Shown one piece after another: positions 39,225-48,690 of a stretch of 64,000 nt of DNA. Below the pieces are notes generated by a model. It ran no database searches, was not told the DNA's origin, and saw only the letters and a program-made list of their open reading frames with translations. Every line of letters starts with the position of its first letter. The first letter of the stretch is position 1. This DNA comes from Minisyncoccota bacterium (lineage in GTDB: Bacteria > Patescibacteriota > Minisyncoccia > Phycocordibacterales > GWA1-40-21): positions 49,074 to 113,073 of the forward strand of contig JBAYKL010000003.1 in the NCBI GenBank assembly GCA_041664585.1. The letters run 5' to 3'. The translations under genes and the position numbers were made by a program.

Positions 39225-39782
39225 ATGTTTTATAATAAAAGAAAGAATGGTTTTACTCTAATAGAGCTTTTAGTTGTTATATCTATAATCGGCCTACTCT
39301 CCACAGTCATCTTGGCTAGTCTAACGAGCGCAAGGAAAAAGGCTCAAGCTACAAAATTTGTTGCTGATATGAATCAACTCAAAACAGCTTTTGAATTGTA
39401 TAGGAATGACAATGGTCAGTATCCTTTTGAAGATAGACAAATAGGTACTGAAGCCGACGAGATATCACATCTCTCTTTGACAACCAATTTACCGGGCGCT
39501 AGTGGGAAGGGTCTTAATGATGAATTAGTCACGAATAAATACATAAGTTCTATTCCTAATATTTCTCAGTGTCCAACTGTATGTGATTTGAGAGTCACAG
39601 TAACTCCAGAGGATTATGGTTATATTACAAAAAAAGAATTACTCGGTGGTACCGATACCTCTTATCATTGTGGTGGTGTTATTTTTAAAAATTATTTATT
39701 TTATGTCGGTAATAATCAGATAAGTCCGAATTATCCGCACCTTGGTGGGGGCTACGACAATTATTATTGTTTTGGTCAGTAA
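39225..39782 (+). CDS. Type IV pilin-like protein (ARKKA subfamily)
   Basis: GFTLIELLVVISIIGLLS..SARKKA; ends YCFGQ. Confidence 0.9.
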   Translation: MFYNKRKNGFTLIELLVVISIIGLLSTVILASLTSARKKAQATKFVADMNQLKTAFELYRNDNGQYPFEDRQIGTEADEISHLSLTTNLPGASGKGLNDELVTNKYISSIPNISQCPTVCDLRVTVTPEDYGYITKKELLGGTDTSYHCGGVIFKNYLFYVGNNQISPNYPHLGGGYDNYYCFGQ

Positions 39783-39821
39783 TATGTTTAGTTTTCCAAA
39801 AATTAGTTTATAATACATTGT

Positions 39822-40475
39822 ATGTCCGTAGAGTTCGACCAGAAAAATATGTTTTTGAAAAAAAGTAAAGGTTTCACCCTCATAGAACTTCTAGTGGTTA
39901 TTTCAATAATTGGTTTGTTATCTACTGTAGTCATGGCTGGTATGCAAACCGCTAGGCAAAGAGCAAAGAATTCTTATGTAACTGCTTCAATAAAATCTTA
40001 CATAACTGCATTAAAGGGTTATTATGCAGATCATGGAGGGTACCCAGCTAATTATGGAGACGGTTGTGAGTGGGCGGCATATTATTATATTGGATTAGGA
40101 AAAACAGACTATCAAGCATTAGGGGGACATTTTTGCTCGTATATTGATTCGAATTACTTTTTAGACCAACTTTCGCCGTACCTTTCTTCTCTGGATGATC
40201 CTAGTCCGTATGAGAATCCAAAGCCTTATAATGATATCCATAACGTTATCTATTGGAACAGGAAGGGCGCAGGATTTGTTTGCGAAGATAAACAAACAAA
40301 CCTTTACTGTTCTAAGGGTAAAATTGTTTGGGTTATTGATACAACTATAGATAAAAATGTTAATTGTGGGGATGTGGGTGGTGGAAGTAATTCTATGCCG
40401 GCTGAAGATTTACAAAATATTTTTGGTATGGATTTGAAAAATTACGTTTATCACTACTGTTATTTAAATATTTAG
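39822..40475 (+). CDS. Type IV pilin-like protein
   Basis: KGFTLIELLVVISIIGLLS; Cys-rich head. Confidence 0.9.
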   Translation: MSVEFDQKNMFLKKSKGFTLIELLVVISIIGLLSTVVMAGMQTARQRAKNSYVTASIKSYITALKGYYADHGGYPANYGDGCEWAAYYYIGLGKTDYQALGGHFCSYIDSNYFLDQLSPYLSSLDDPSPYENPKPYNDIHNVIYWNRKGAGFVCEDKQTNLYCSKGKIVWVIDTTIDKNVNCGDVGGGSNSMPAEDLQNIFGMDLKNYVYHYCYLNI

Positions 40476-40490
40476 TGATATAATAATTTT

Positions 40491-40826
40491 ATGTCTATCG
40501 AATTTGATCAAGAAAATAGTTTTAATAAAACTTTTAGCAAAGCCTATTCAAAAAGTGGTGATTCTAAGATAGTCGCATATCTTATTAAAAAGAGGTTTGC
40601 CAAGAATGAAAAACAAGCAAATATGATTTTGCTTGGTATTGCTGTCTTGTGTATTTTATTAACTCTTTCTATTATTAAAACTACAGTCTATCCTGCATCG
40701 GCACCAGTATCACAAAGGACTCGAGAGATTTCTCAAACGATGTCAGAGTACAGAAAAGCCGGTTTACCGTTATCAGAAATAAGAAAAAGGATTGCTGAGG
40801 ATATTCAGTCTGGAAAGATAAAGTAA
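40491..40826 (+). CDS. Small single-TM protein
   Basis: MSIEFDQEN..LIK..FAKNEKQAN.ILL followed by one TM. Confidence 0.7.
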   Translation: MSIEFDQENSFNKTFSKAYSKSGDSKIVAYLIKKRFAKNEKQANMILLGIAVLCILLTLSIIKTTVYPASAPVSQRTREISQTMSEYRKAGLPLSEIRKRIAEDIQSGKIK

Positions 40827-41371
40827 TGTTTAAGGTAAAGGTAAAAAATAATAGAGGTTTCACCCTCATCGAGCTTTTAGTTGTTATATCTATAATCGGT
40901 CTACTATCCACAGTCGTCTCGGCTAGTCTAACGAGTGCAAGAAAAAAAGCTGAAGCTGCAAAATTTCTTGCAGAAATGGATCAGTTCAAAAAGGCTTTAG
41001 AATTATACAGAACTGATAATGGAATATATCCAGGAGAGCCTGATTATATGGCCTGTTGGATGGGCCCAGGCTCGGTTTGTTCTAAGAACGTTGCTACCTA
41101 TTTAAAAGAAGAATTGGTGGATAAAAAGTACATCCCGGCATTACCACAAGTGAGTAGGTTTGATGATTCGGAATATTATGCTGGGATAACTAACTTGGAT
41201 TTTATGGACTCAGGTGTAAATTATAAAACAGTTTGTGGTGGTAGGTATCTAAAATCATACATGGTTGATTTTTATTATGAAAATATTCCAACTCAAGATT
41301 TTCCTAAATTTTCATATATTATAAATGGGATAGAGTGGCCAATGGGTGACAGGTATTGTTTAGGAGAATAA
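40826..41371 (+). CDS. Type IV pilin-like protein (ARKKA subfamily)
   Basis: GFTLIELL..SARKKAEAAKF; ends YCLGE. Confidence 0.9.
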   Translation: MFKVKVKNNRGFTLIELLVVISIIGLLSTVVSASLTSARKKAEAAKFLAEMDQFKKALELYRTDNGIYPGEPDYMACWMGPGSVCSKNVATYLKEELVDKKYIPALPQVSRFDDSEYYAGITNLDFMDSGVNYKTVCGGRYLKSYMVDFYYENIPTQDFPKFSYIINGIEWPMGDRYCLGE

Positions 41372-41377
41372 TTATTT

Positions 41378-41920
41378 ATGAAAACAAAAAGACAAAAAGG
41401 TTTTACATTGATAGAGTTACTGGTTGTTATTTCAATAATAGGTTTATTGTCTACGGTCGTTTTGGCTAGTCTAACGAGTGCAAGAAAAAAAGCTGAAGCT
41501 GCAAAATTTGTTGCGGAGATGAAACAATTAAAAACAGCTTTTGAATTGTATAGGAATGACAACGGAGGTTATCCTGGCGGATTAAATTTTGATAGTTGTT
41601 ATCCTTTATCTGGATCTTGCCAAGATGCAAAAATATTTTTAATAAATGAATTAGTTAATAAAAAATATATTCAGTCCGTACCCCAAATAGACAATTTTAA
41701 TGAATTTTATTATTCGGCCGGTGCAACTCTGGATCAGACTATTGGGCAAACAAGATGGCAGCAAATTTGCGGAGGCAGGGCTTTAAAAGCATGGGGACTT
41801 TTCTTTGTATATCCAAATATACCAATAAACGATTTTGATGTTTGGGAAGCTTATGTTTATGAAAATGGACAATATCAAGGCTCAAATACCTTCGATGGTT
41901 TTTATTGTATTGGGGAGTAG
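41378..41920 (+). CDS. Type IV pilin-like protein (ARKKA subfamily)
   Basis: GFTLIELL..SARKKAEAAKF; ends YCIGE. Confidence 0.9.
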   Translation: MKTKRQKGFTLIELLVVISIIGLLSTVVLASLTSARKKAEAAKFVAEMKQLKTAFELYRNDNGGYPGGLNFDSCYPLSGSCQDAKIFLINELVNKKYIQSVPQIDNFNEFYYSAGATLDQTIGQTRWQQICGGRALKAWGLFFVYPNIPINDFDVWEAYVYENGQYQGSNTFDGFYCIGE

Positions 41921-41921
41921 A

Positions 41922-42584
41922 CTAATGCCCTAAAGCAAATCCAATTACTTTTTTTGTCCCAGCTTCTTCGAGTGCTTGGCGAGCTTCTTTCATGGTTGCC
42001 CCAGTAGTAATCACATCATCTATTAATATTATATTTTTACCTTTTATTCTTTCTTTGTCTACATAAAAACATCCATCCAAATTTTTTAATCTTTGCATTT
42101 TATTTTTTGTTTTTGCTTGGTGCTTAGTTTCTTTTATTTTTTTTAAAGCTTTAAAATCTGTTGAGAAATTTTCCCCACCATCTATTTTTATAAGTTCTTT
42201 TATGATGAGTTCGCATTGATTATATCCTCTTTCTCTCAGATTCTCTTTGCTTGTTGGTATTGGTACAAGGATGGGGGATTGAAAATTATTAAAAAGCAAT
42301 TCGTCGCCAATTTCTTCCAATATGAAATCGTATAGGGCTTTCGAAAACTTTTCTAAAATCCCTTTGTTCTTCTTATATTTTATTTCCCATATAGCTTGTT
42401 TTACAATTTTATTTTTATATTGGAAAAGAGCTTTGAATTTAGGGTTATTTGTCTCAGCGGCTTTTGGTAGTTCCCTTACTATATATTCAGAATTAAGGTT
42501 TTCTATTTCAAGAATCTTTTCTTCTTTTGGTAACAAAATGGAGAGTATCGTCTCAAATATTTTTTTAATTCCTTGCAGTATCAT
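41922..42584 (-). CDS. comF: ComF family competence protein (PRTase-like)
   Basis: VPIP, RGYNQ, ILIDDVITTGAT. Confidence 0.9.
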   Translation of the reverse strand: MILQGIKKIFETILSILLPKEEKILEIENLNSEYIVRELPKAAETNNPKFKALFQYKNKIVKQAIWEIKYKKNKGILEKFSKALYDFILEEIGDELLFNNFQSPILVPIPTSKENLRERGYNQCELIIKELIKIDGGENFSTDFKALKKIKETKHQAKTKNKMQRLKNLDGCFYVDKERIKGKNIILIDDVITTGATMKEARQALEEAGTKKVIGFALGH

Positions 42585-42655
42585 TTTGTAGTTAAAGTAT
42601 TTGAGCTATTTTAACATAGTGTGATATAATATTAGTAATTGAAATTAAGTTAAAT

Positions 42656-43774
42656 ATGGATAATCCATTTAAAAATATTTTTAGTTCATTTTTTGCAACG
42701 AAAGAATCTAGTGTTCTTGGTGTTGATATTGGCCCTTCATCTATCAAGGTTGTTCAGCTTAAAAAGAAAAATGGAAGAGCTGTTCTTGAAACCTACGGAG
42801 AGTTGGTTTTAGGTCCTTATGCTGGTACAGATAGTGGCAGATCTACCGTTCTCGGTACAGAAAAACTTGTTGAGGCATTGAAAGACTTATTAAAAGAATC
42901 AAATACAACGACCTTAAACGCTGGTATGTCTATTCCAATAGGTTCAAGTATGATTACTTTTATTAAACTTCCAACAACAGACGAGAGACAGCTTGCAGAG
43001 ATGGTTCCTATAGAAGCAAGGAAATATATCCCGGTTTCAATATCGGAGGTTAGTATAGACTACTGGCCAATACCAAAAGATGAATCATCTGTTTCAGAGT
43101 TTCAAAATGGAGAAAAAAAGGAGACAAGTAAAGATACAGAAGTACTGCTTGTTGTTATACACAACGATGCTGTGAATAAAAATAAAGATATACAAAAGGC
43201 AGTTGGTTTTGAAAATGCTTTTTCCGAGATAGAAATATTTAGTTGTATGAGAGCAGCTCTTGATCCTGGTATCGCACCCCAGATGATTATTGATTTTGGT
43301 TCAAGTTCTACCAAGGCTTTTATAGTAGAGAGGGGAGTCCTAAGATCTTCTCACGTCATCAATCGTGGTTCTCAGGATATTACACTCTCTATATCAAAAT
43401 CTTTGAGCATTTCTTTTGAAGAAGCTGAAAAGATAAAAAGAATACAAGGAATAGTTGGTAAAACTGGACAAGATAGTGTTGCAGAGGTTTCTTCTACCAC
43501 AGTTGATTATATTTTGGCTGAAATAGGTAGGGTCATCATGGGTTATTATAAGAAAAATGGCAAGAAAGTTAGCAAGATTATTTTAACCGGTGGAGGAGCT
43601 TTACTAAAAGGTCTTAGGGAAAAGGCCGGCTTAGCTTTTGAAACACCCGTAGAAGTTGCTGATCCTTTTGCAAAAGTTGAGTATCCTGCGTTTTTAGAGG
43701 AGGTTCTCAAAAATTCTGGACCAGAATTTGCAGTTGCTATTGGTTTGGCTATAAGAAAACTACAAGAAATATAA
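42656..43774 (+). CDS. pilM: Type IV pilus assembly protein PilM
   Basis: GVDIGPSSIKVVQL, EARKYIP, IDFG, ILTGGGA, AVAIGLA. Confidence 0.92.
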   Translation: MDNPFKNIFSSFFATKESSVLGVDIGPSSIKVVQLKKKNGRAVLETYGELVLGPYAGTDSGRSTVLGTEKLVEALKDLLKESNTTTLNAGMSIPIGSSMITFIKLPTTDERQLAEMVPIEARKYIPVSISEVSIDYWPIPKDESSVSEFQNGEKKETSKDTEVLLVVIHNDAVNKNKDIQKAVGFENAFSEIEIFSCMRAALDPGIAPQMIIDFGSSSTKAFIVERGVLRSSHVINRGSQDITLSISKSLSISFEEAEKIKRIQGIVGKTGQDSVAEVSSTTVDYILAEIGRVIMGYYKKNGKKVSKIILTGGGALLKGLREKAGLAFETPVEVADPFAKVEYPAFLEEVLKNSGPEFAVAIGLAIRKLQEI

Positions 43775-43830
43775 TCCACAGTTTTTTATTGGTGTTTTAT
43801 TTTTTTATTTGATGTATAATATTATTAGAA

Positions 43831-44442
43831 ATGGAAACTAAATTTCAAACATCTTTTATACCCAAAAAACCTGTCGTTGAGGAACAGAGAAACAATTCAA
43901 GTATCAGTCTATTCCTGTTGCTTTCAATAATAGTTTTCTTGGTCTCTCTCGGTCTTGGGGGATGGATTTTTATACAAAAAGACTTACTTGTAAAAAACAT
44001 AGCTGCTGCTGAAGAAATTATTAAAGCAAATAAGGGGGCTTTCGAATTAGATACTATAGAGAGCATGATTCGTTTGGATTCAAGAATTAAGATTTCTAAG
44101 GGTCTTTTGGCAAGCCACATTTCAGTTTCTCCAATCTTCAGTTTTTTGGAGGACAAAACTTTGAAGAGTGTTAGATTTAAAACATTTAGTTTTTCTAGTG
44201 CTGGTAAAGATGAGAGTGGTGCCCAGTCAATAAAACTAACAATGACTGGTCAAGCTAGAGATTTTAAGACAATCGCATTGCAAGCAGAAGAATTTGGTAA
44301 TGTGAACTATAGAAATATAATTAAGAATCCTGTTTTTGCAGATTTAAATCTTACCTCTGATGGAAGTGTTTCCTTCTCTGCATCGATGCTAGTTATCCCA
44401 AGCTTCTTATCTTATTCAAAAAGTATAGTAGGAAACCAATAA
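43831..44442 (+). CDS. PilN-like protein
   Basis: QTSFIPKKP, single TM, position after pilM. Confidence 0.65.
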   Translation: METKFQTSFIPKKPVVEEQRNNSSISLFLLLSIIVFLVSLGLGGWIFIQKDLLVKNIAAAEEIIKANKGAFELDTIESMIRLDSRIKISKGLLASHISVSPIFSFLEDKTLKSVRFKTFSFSSAGKDESGAQSIKLTMTGQARDFKTIALQAEEFGNVNYRNIIKNPVFADLNLTSDGSVSFSASMLVIPSFLSYSKSIVGNQ

Positions 44443-44443
44443 T

Positions 44444-45016
44444 ATGAATTTTATATTACCATTAATTTTAATACTTTCTTCCCTAGGAATATTCTTTGGG
44501 TATGTTGATCCAAATTATAAAGGATCAGGCGCTGTTGTAGAGAGTGATCTCACTACTTATGGTATTAAGCAACTTCAGGATGAGTATGCTAAATATCAAG
44601 ATACATCAAACAATTCTACAAAAGTTGTTCAAAACAGAGAAACTCTCACTGCAAAGAATAATAAAATATTAGAAACAGATAAGGCCAAGCTTTTAAAAAT
44701 GCTTCCAGATAATATTGATAATGTTAAACTTATTCTAGAAATTACTGATATCGCTGCTAAAAGAAATCTCTCTCTTAAGGGCATTTCCATTAGTGGTTCT
44801 ACTAAAACATCAGAAACTATAGGCCCAGATAATACACCTTATGGTACTTTGAATTTGAAGTTTTCTGTAAATACTACCTATGACACCTTTTTGAATTTAT
44901 TGAATGATTTAGAGAGCAACTTGAGACTTGTTGATATTACAGATGTTGGTTTTGCTTCTTCGGAAACCGATTTTTATGATTTTAGTGTTAGTTTAAATAC
45001 GTATTGGTTAAAATAA
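44444..45016 (+). CDS. PilO-like protein
   Basis: N-terminal TM, KMLPD, Y..FL..LE.NLRL.DI. Confidence 0.75.
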   Translation: MNFILPLILILSSLGIFFGYVDPNYKGSGAVVESDLTTYGIKQLQDEYAKYQDTSNNSTKVVQNRETLTAKNNKILETDKAKLLKMLPDNIDNVKLILEITDIAAKRNLSLKGISISGSTKTSETIGPDNTPYGTLNLKFSVNTTYDTFLNLLNDLESNLRLVDITDVGFASSETDFYDFSVSLNTYWLK

Positions 45017-45021
45017 CGATT

Positions 45022-45408
45022 ATGAATAAAAAGAATCAAATTTTAATAGTAGTGATAGTAGTGATAGTTGGTTTTTTTGTATTTAATTACTTCAAAAACA
45101 GCTCGGTTGATAATTCTGGTTCTTCTATCGTTGCTGAACAGAGAGTCACTGAATTTGCTGGGGCTAGAGAAATATTAAGTCTTCTAAATAGAATGTCTAA
45201 TGTTAAATTAGACGATTCTATATTTAACGATAGTAGTTTTAAGTCTTTGAAAGACACCACAGTTGTTTTGGTAGGACAGCCAGTTGGTAGAAATAATCCT
45301 TTTGCACCGCTAGGTACAGATGGTTCGAGATCTACTTCATCATCGGCTTCTTCAGCACCAAAAACTCAGTCTGGATCAACACCTTTTGGCGGAAGCACAC
45401 AGAGATAG
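45022..45408 (+). CDS. Pilus-associated single-TM protein (PilP position)
   Basis: TM then GRNNPFAP motif. Confidence 0.55.
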   Translation: MNKKNQILIVVIVVIVGFFVFNYFKNSSVDNSGSSIVAEQRVTEFAGAREILSLLNRMSNVKLDDSIFNDSSFKSLKDTTVVLVGQPVGRNNPFAPLGTDGSRSTSSSASSAPKTQSGSTPFGGSTQR

Positions 45409-45458
45409 TTTTTGGTTTTTGAGAAAGACAGTTTTCAATTAAGGTGATTATTTTAAAC

Positions 45459-47189
45459 ATGACCATACTAGAAATTTTAGTTAATAAAAATATAATAAAG
45501 AAGGAAGATATAACCAAGATCGAGAAGGAGATGAGCGTATCAGGTAAAACCTTGGAAGAAACACTTGAGGGTTTTGGGGTTTCTTCTGATACTATGCTTA
45601 GTGCTAAGGGAGAATATTTTAACGTTCCAATATTAAGTCTTGGTAATCATACAGTTCCTTTTTCTATTTTAAAATATATACCAGAGGACGCCGCTACACA
45701 TTATGGTGTGGTGCCAATATCTCTTAAGGACGGCGTGCTTGATATTGGTGTTCTTGATCCAGAAAACATTGAGGCAAGAGATGCTTTGAACTTTATTGCT
45801 GGAAAGATGAATGTTCCATACAAGATTTTTCTTATATCAGAAGGAGATTTTAAAAAGACAATTGAAAGTTATAAGGGAATGTCAGGAGAGGTGACAAAGG
45901 CTTTAAATGAGCTTGAATCAGAATTGTCTGATGATCTTGAAGATGTGGAAATTGTAAAAGGTGGTTTAGCAACTAATTCTGAATCTGGTAAAGTTGAAAC
46001 AAAGATTATCGAAGATGCTCCTGTTACAAAAATTGTTGCTACTATTCTAAGATATGCCACAGAAGGTGGAGCTTCCGACGTACACATTGAACACATGAGG
46101 GATCAGATAAGAGTCAGATTTAGAGTCGATGGAGTCTTAAATACTAGTTTAGTTTTACCTGTTGAGGTTCATCAGGCTGTTGTTGCTAGAATCAAGATCC
46201 TTTCAAATATGAAGCTTGATGAGAAGCGTAAACCACAGGACGGTCGTTTTTCTGCAAAGATTGAAGGAAGAAAGATAGATTTTCGTGTATCTACTTTTCC
46301 TTCATATTTCGGTGAAAAAGTGGTTATGAGAATTTTGGATCAAGAGAAAGGTGTAAAACCACTTGAAGAGATGGGAATGTCTCCTAAACATATGCAAATG
46401 GTACGTGATGCTATAAAAAGACCATACGGTATGATTCTGATTTCTGGTCCTACAGGATCTGGTAAGACAACTACTTTATATGCCATGTTGAATGAGATCA
46501 ATAAAGATGAGAAAAACGTTTTGAGTTTGGAAGACCCTATAGAATACAATATAGATGGTATGAGCCAGTCACAGGTTTTTCCAGAAATTGGTTATACTTT
46601 CGCTTCTGGTTTGAGAACAACCTTAAGACAAGACCCAGACGTTATCATGGTGGGAGAAATTAGAGATAAAGAAACAGCTCAGCTTGCTATTCAGGCTGCT
46701 CTTACTGGTCACTTGGTTCTTTCCACAATACACACAAATACATCAACTGGTGTTGTACCTAGACTTATAGACATGGGAGTAGATCCTTTCCTTTTACCAC
46801 CGACACTTATTCTCACTATCGCTCAGAGACTTGTTAGAAAAATATGTCCTGGAACTGGCAGACCGATGCCAATTGAGGGTAGTTTGAAACAAATGGTTGA
46901 TAATCAATTTAAGGATTTACCAGAACAGTTCAAGACAGAAATACCAGATGTAAAAGAGATCCTTGGTGTTGAGCCAACATCTGCTTGCCCAAATGGTACT
47001 AAAGGAAGACTTGCTGTGTACGAAATGTTTAATATGAATAAAGAGATTGAGCAGGTTATTCTTAAGAATCCAGTGGAGTCAGCTGTGTTTGACGCCGCAA
47101 GAAGAAATGGACTTATAACAATGAAAGAGGATGCCATGATAAAGGCAATGAAGAAGATCATTCCTTTTGAAGAGATTAATGATTTATAA
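45459..47189 (+). CDS. pilB: Type IV pilus assembly ATPase PilB/GspE
   Basis: ASDVHIE, RFRVDG, PQDGRF, GPTGSGKTTTLY, LRQDPD, TGHLVLSTIH. Confidence 0.95.
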   Translation: MTILEILVNKNIIKKEDITKIEKEMSVSGKTLEETLEGFGVSSDTMLSAKGEYFNVPILSLGNHTVPFSILKYIPEDAATHYGVVPISLKDGVLDIGVLDPENIEARDALNFIAGKMNVPYKIFLISEGDFKKTIESYKGMSGEVTKALNELESELSDDLEDVEIVKGGLATNSESGKVETKIIEDAPVTKIVATILRYATEGGASDVHIEHMRDQIRVRFRVDGVLNTSLVLPVEVHQAVVARIKILSNMKLDEKRKPQDGRFSAKIEGRKIDFRVSTFPSYFGEKVVMRILDQEKGVKPLEEMGMSPKHMQMVRDAIKRPYGMILISGPTGSGKTTTLYAMLNEINKDEKNVLSLEDPIEYNIDGMSQSQVFPEIGYTFASGLRTTLRQDPDVIMVGEIRDKETAQLAIQAALTGHLVLSTIHTNTSTGVVPRLIDMGVDPFLLPPTLILTIAQRLVRKICPGTGRPMPIEGSLKQMVDNQFKDLPEQFKTEIPDVKEILGVEPTSACPNGTKGRLAVYEMFNMNKEIEQVILKNPVESAVFDAARRNGLITMKEDAMIKAMKKIIPFEEINDL

Positions 47190-47219
47190 AAATAAGAGAT
47201 AAGTGATATAATACTACCT

Positions 47220-47612
47220 ATGACAACAGAAAAGAGAAAAATTTTAATATTGGATGACGATCGTTTTTTGCTAAACATGTACTCAATGAAATTTGAGAAA
47301 AACGGTTTCGATGTAAAGGTGGCTGGCGGAGGACCAGAAGCACTGGAGATTCTTAAGGAAGGTTTCAAACCAGACATTATGCTTATGGACTTGATTATGC
47401 CTGTTATGGATGGATTCACTTTCTACGAAACAGCAAAGAATGAAAAACTTGCTGATGGTATTATAGCTATAATGCTTACAAACCAAGGTTTGGTATCTGA
47501 TATAAACAGAGCAAAAGAGCTTGGGGTACATGGATATATTGTCAAAGCAACCACAATTCCTTCTGAGGTGGTAGAAGAGGTTATACAAATTTATAACAAT
47601 AATAAAAAATAA
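47220..47612 (+). CDS. Single-domain response regulator
   Basis: ILDDD, MDLIMP, LTN, YIVK. Confidence 0.9.
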   Translation: MTTEKRKILILDDDRFLLNMYSMKFEKNGFDVKVAGGGPEALEILKEGFKPDIMLMDLIMPVMDGFTFYETAKNEKLADGIIAIMLTNQGLVSDINRAKELGVHGYIVKATTIPSEVVEEVIQIYNNNKK

Positions 47613-47613
47613 T

Positions 47614-48675
47614 ATGGATTACAAAAGTGAATTAGCAGATTTGATAAAAACAGTTGCTCAGGAAGGAGCTTCTGATTTACATCTTTCTGAAGGCAGAAGA
47701 CCCACTATTAGAGTTTCTGGTTTTCTAATTCCTCTTGTAAAAAAAGATGTTCTTACCAAAGATAGTTTAGATGGTATCATCACATTACTTCTTACGAAAG
47801 AGAACAAAGACCTTTTCCTAAAGAACAAGGAAATGGATTTTTCATATAATACTGATGAGGGGATAAGATTTAGAGGTAATGCGTATTTCCAGCAAGGTTC
47901 TATAAGTATTGCTCTTAGGCTTATACCTAAAAAAATTAGAAGTTTTGAAGAATTAAATCTTCCAGAAATATTAAAATCTTTTGCGGATAGAGAGCAAGGT
48001 TTTTTCCTCGTGGTTGGTCCAGTTGGACATGGTAAATCTACAACTCTTGCGGCGATGATAGAAAGTATAAACGATAGTAGGGCAGAACACATCCTTACCA
48101 TTGAAGACCCTATAGAATATTTATATGAACAAAAGAAATCTATTATAGATCAAAGAGAAGTGAGAATAGACACCGAAGATTTCCCTACAGCTTTGCAGAG
48201 TATGTTCAGAGAAGACATAGACGTTGCTTTGATCGGAGAGATGCGTGGTGCAGAAACCATAGCAACAGCTGTTACCGCTGCAGAAACAGGTCACTTAGTA
48301 TTTTCTACTCTACATACAAATAGTGCTTCACAGACGATAAGTAGAATTATAGATTCTTTTCCTGCTGAGCAGCAGAATCAAATTAGAGTTCAACTTGCTG
48401 GAAGCTTAAATGGTATATTTTCTCAACGCTTAGTTCCAAGAGTCTCTGGAGGTCTTATCCCGGCTTACGAACTTCTTATAAATAACACAGCAATTTCAAA
48501 TCTTATAAGAGAAAATAGAATTCATGAGATAAATTCTGTTATAGAAACATCTTCTCAGGATGGAATGGTAGATATGAATAGATCCCTTGCAGAGTTGGTA
48601 TCAAAAGGGGAGATAACCATAGAGGATGCTTATAGACATGCTTTAGATCCAAAAGTTTTGGAAAGAATGCTTTAA
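47614..48675 (+). CDS. pilT: Pilus retraction ATPase PilT
   Basis: ASDLHL, GPVGHGKSTT, TIEDPIE, GEMR, AAETGHLVFSTLH, NLIRE. Confidence 0.93.
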   Translation: MDYKSELADLIKTVAQEGASDLHLSEGRRPTIRVSGFLIPLVKKDVLTKDSLDGIITLLLTKENKDLFLKNKEMDFSYNTDEGIRFRGNAYFQQGSISIALRLIPKKIRSFEELNLPEILKSFADREQGFFLVVGPVGHGKSTTLAAMIESINDSRAEHILTIEDPIEYLYEQKKSIIDQREVRIDTEDFPTALQSMFREDIDVALIGEMRGAETIATAVTAAETGHLVFSTLHTNSASQTISRIIDSFPAEQQNQIRVQLAGSLNGIFSQRLVPRVSGGLIPAYELLINNTAISNLIRENRIHEINSVIETSSQDGMVDMNRSLAELVSKGEITIEDAYRHALDPKVLERML

Positions 48676-48690
48676 TTTAATAATTTATAA

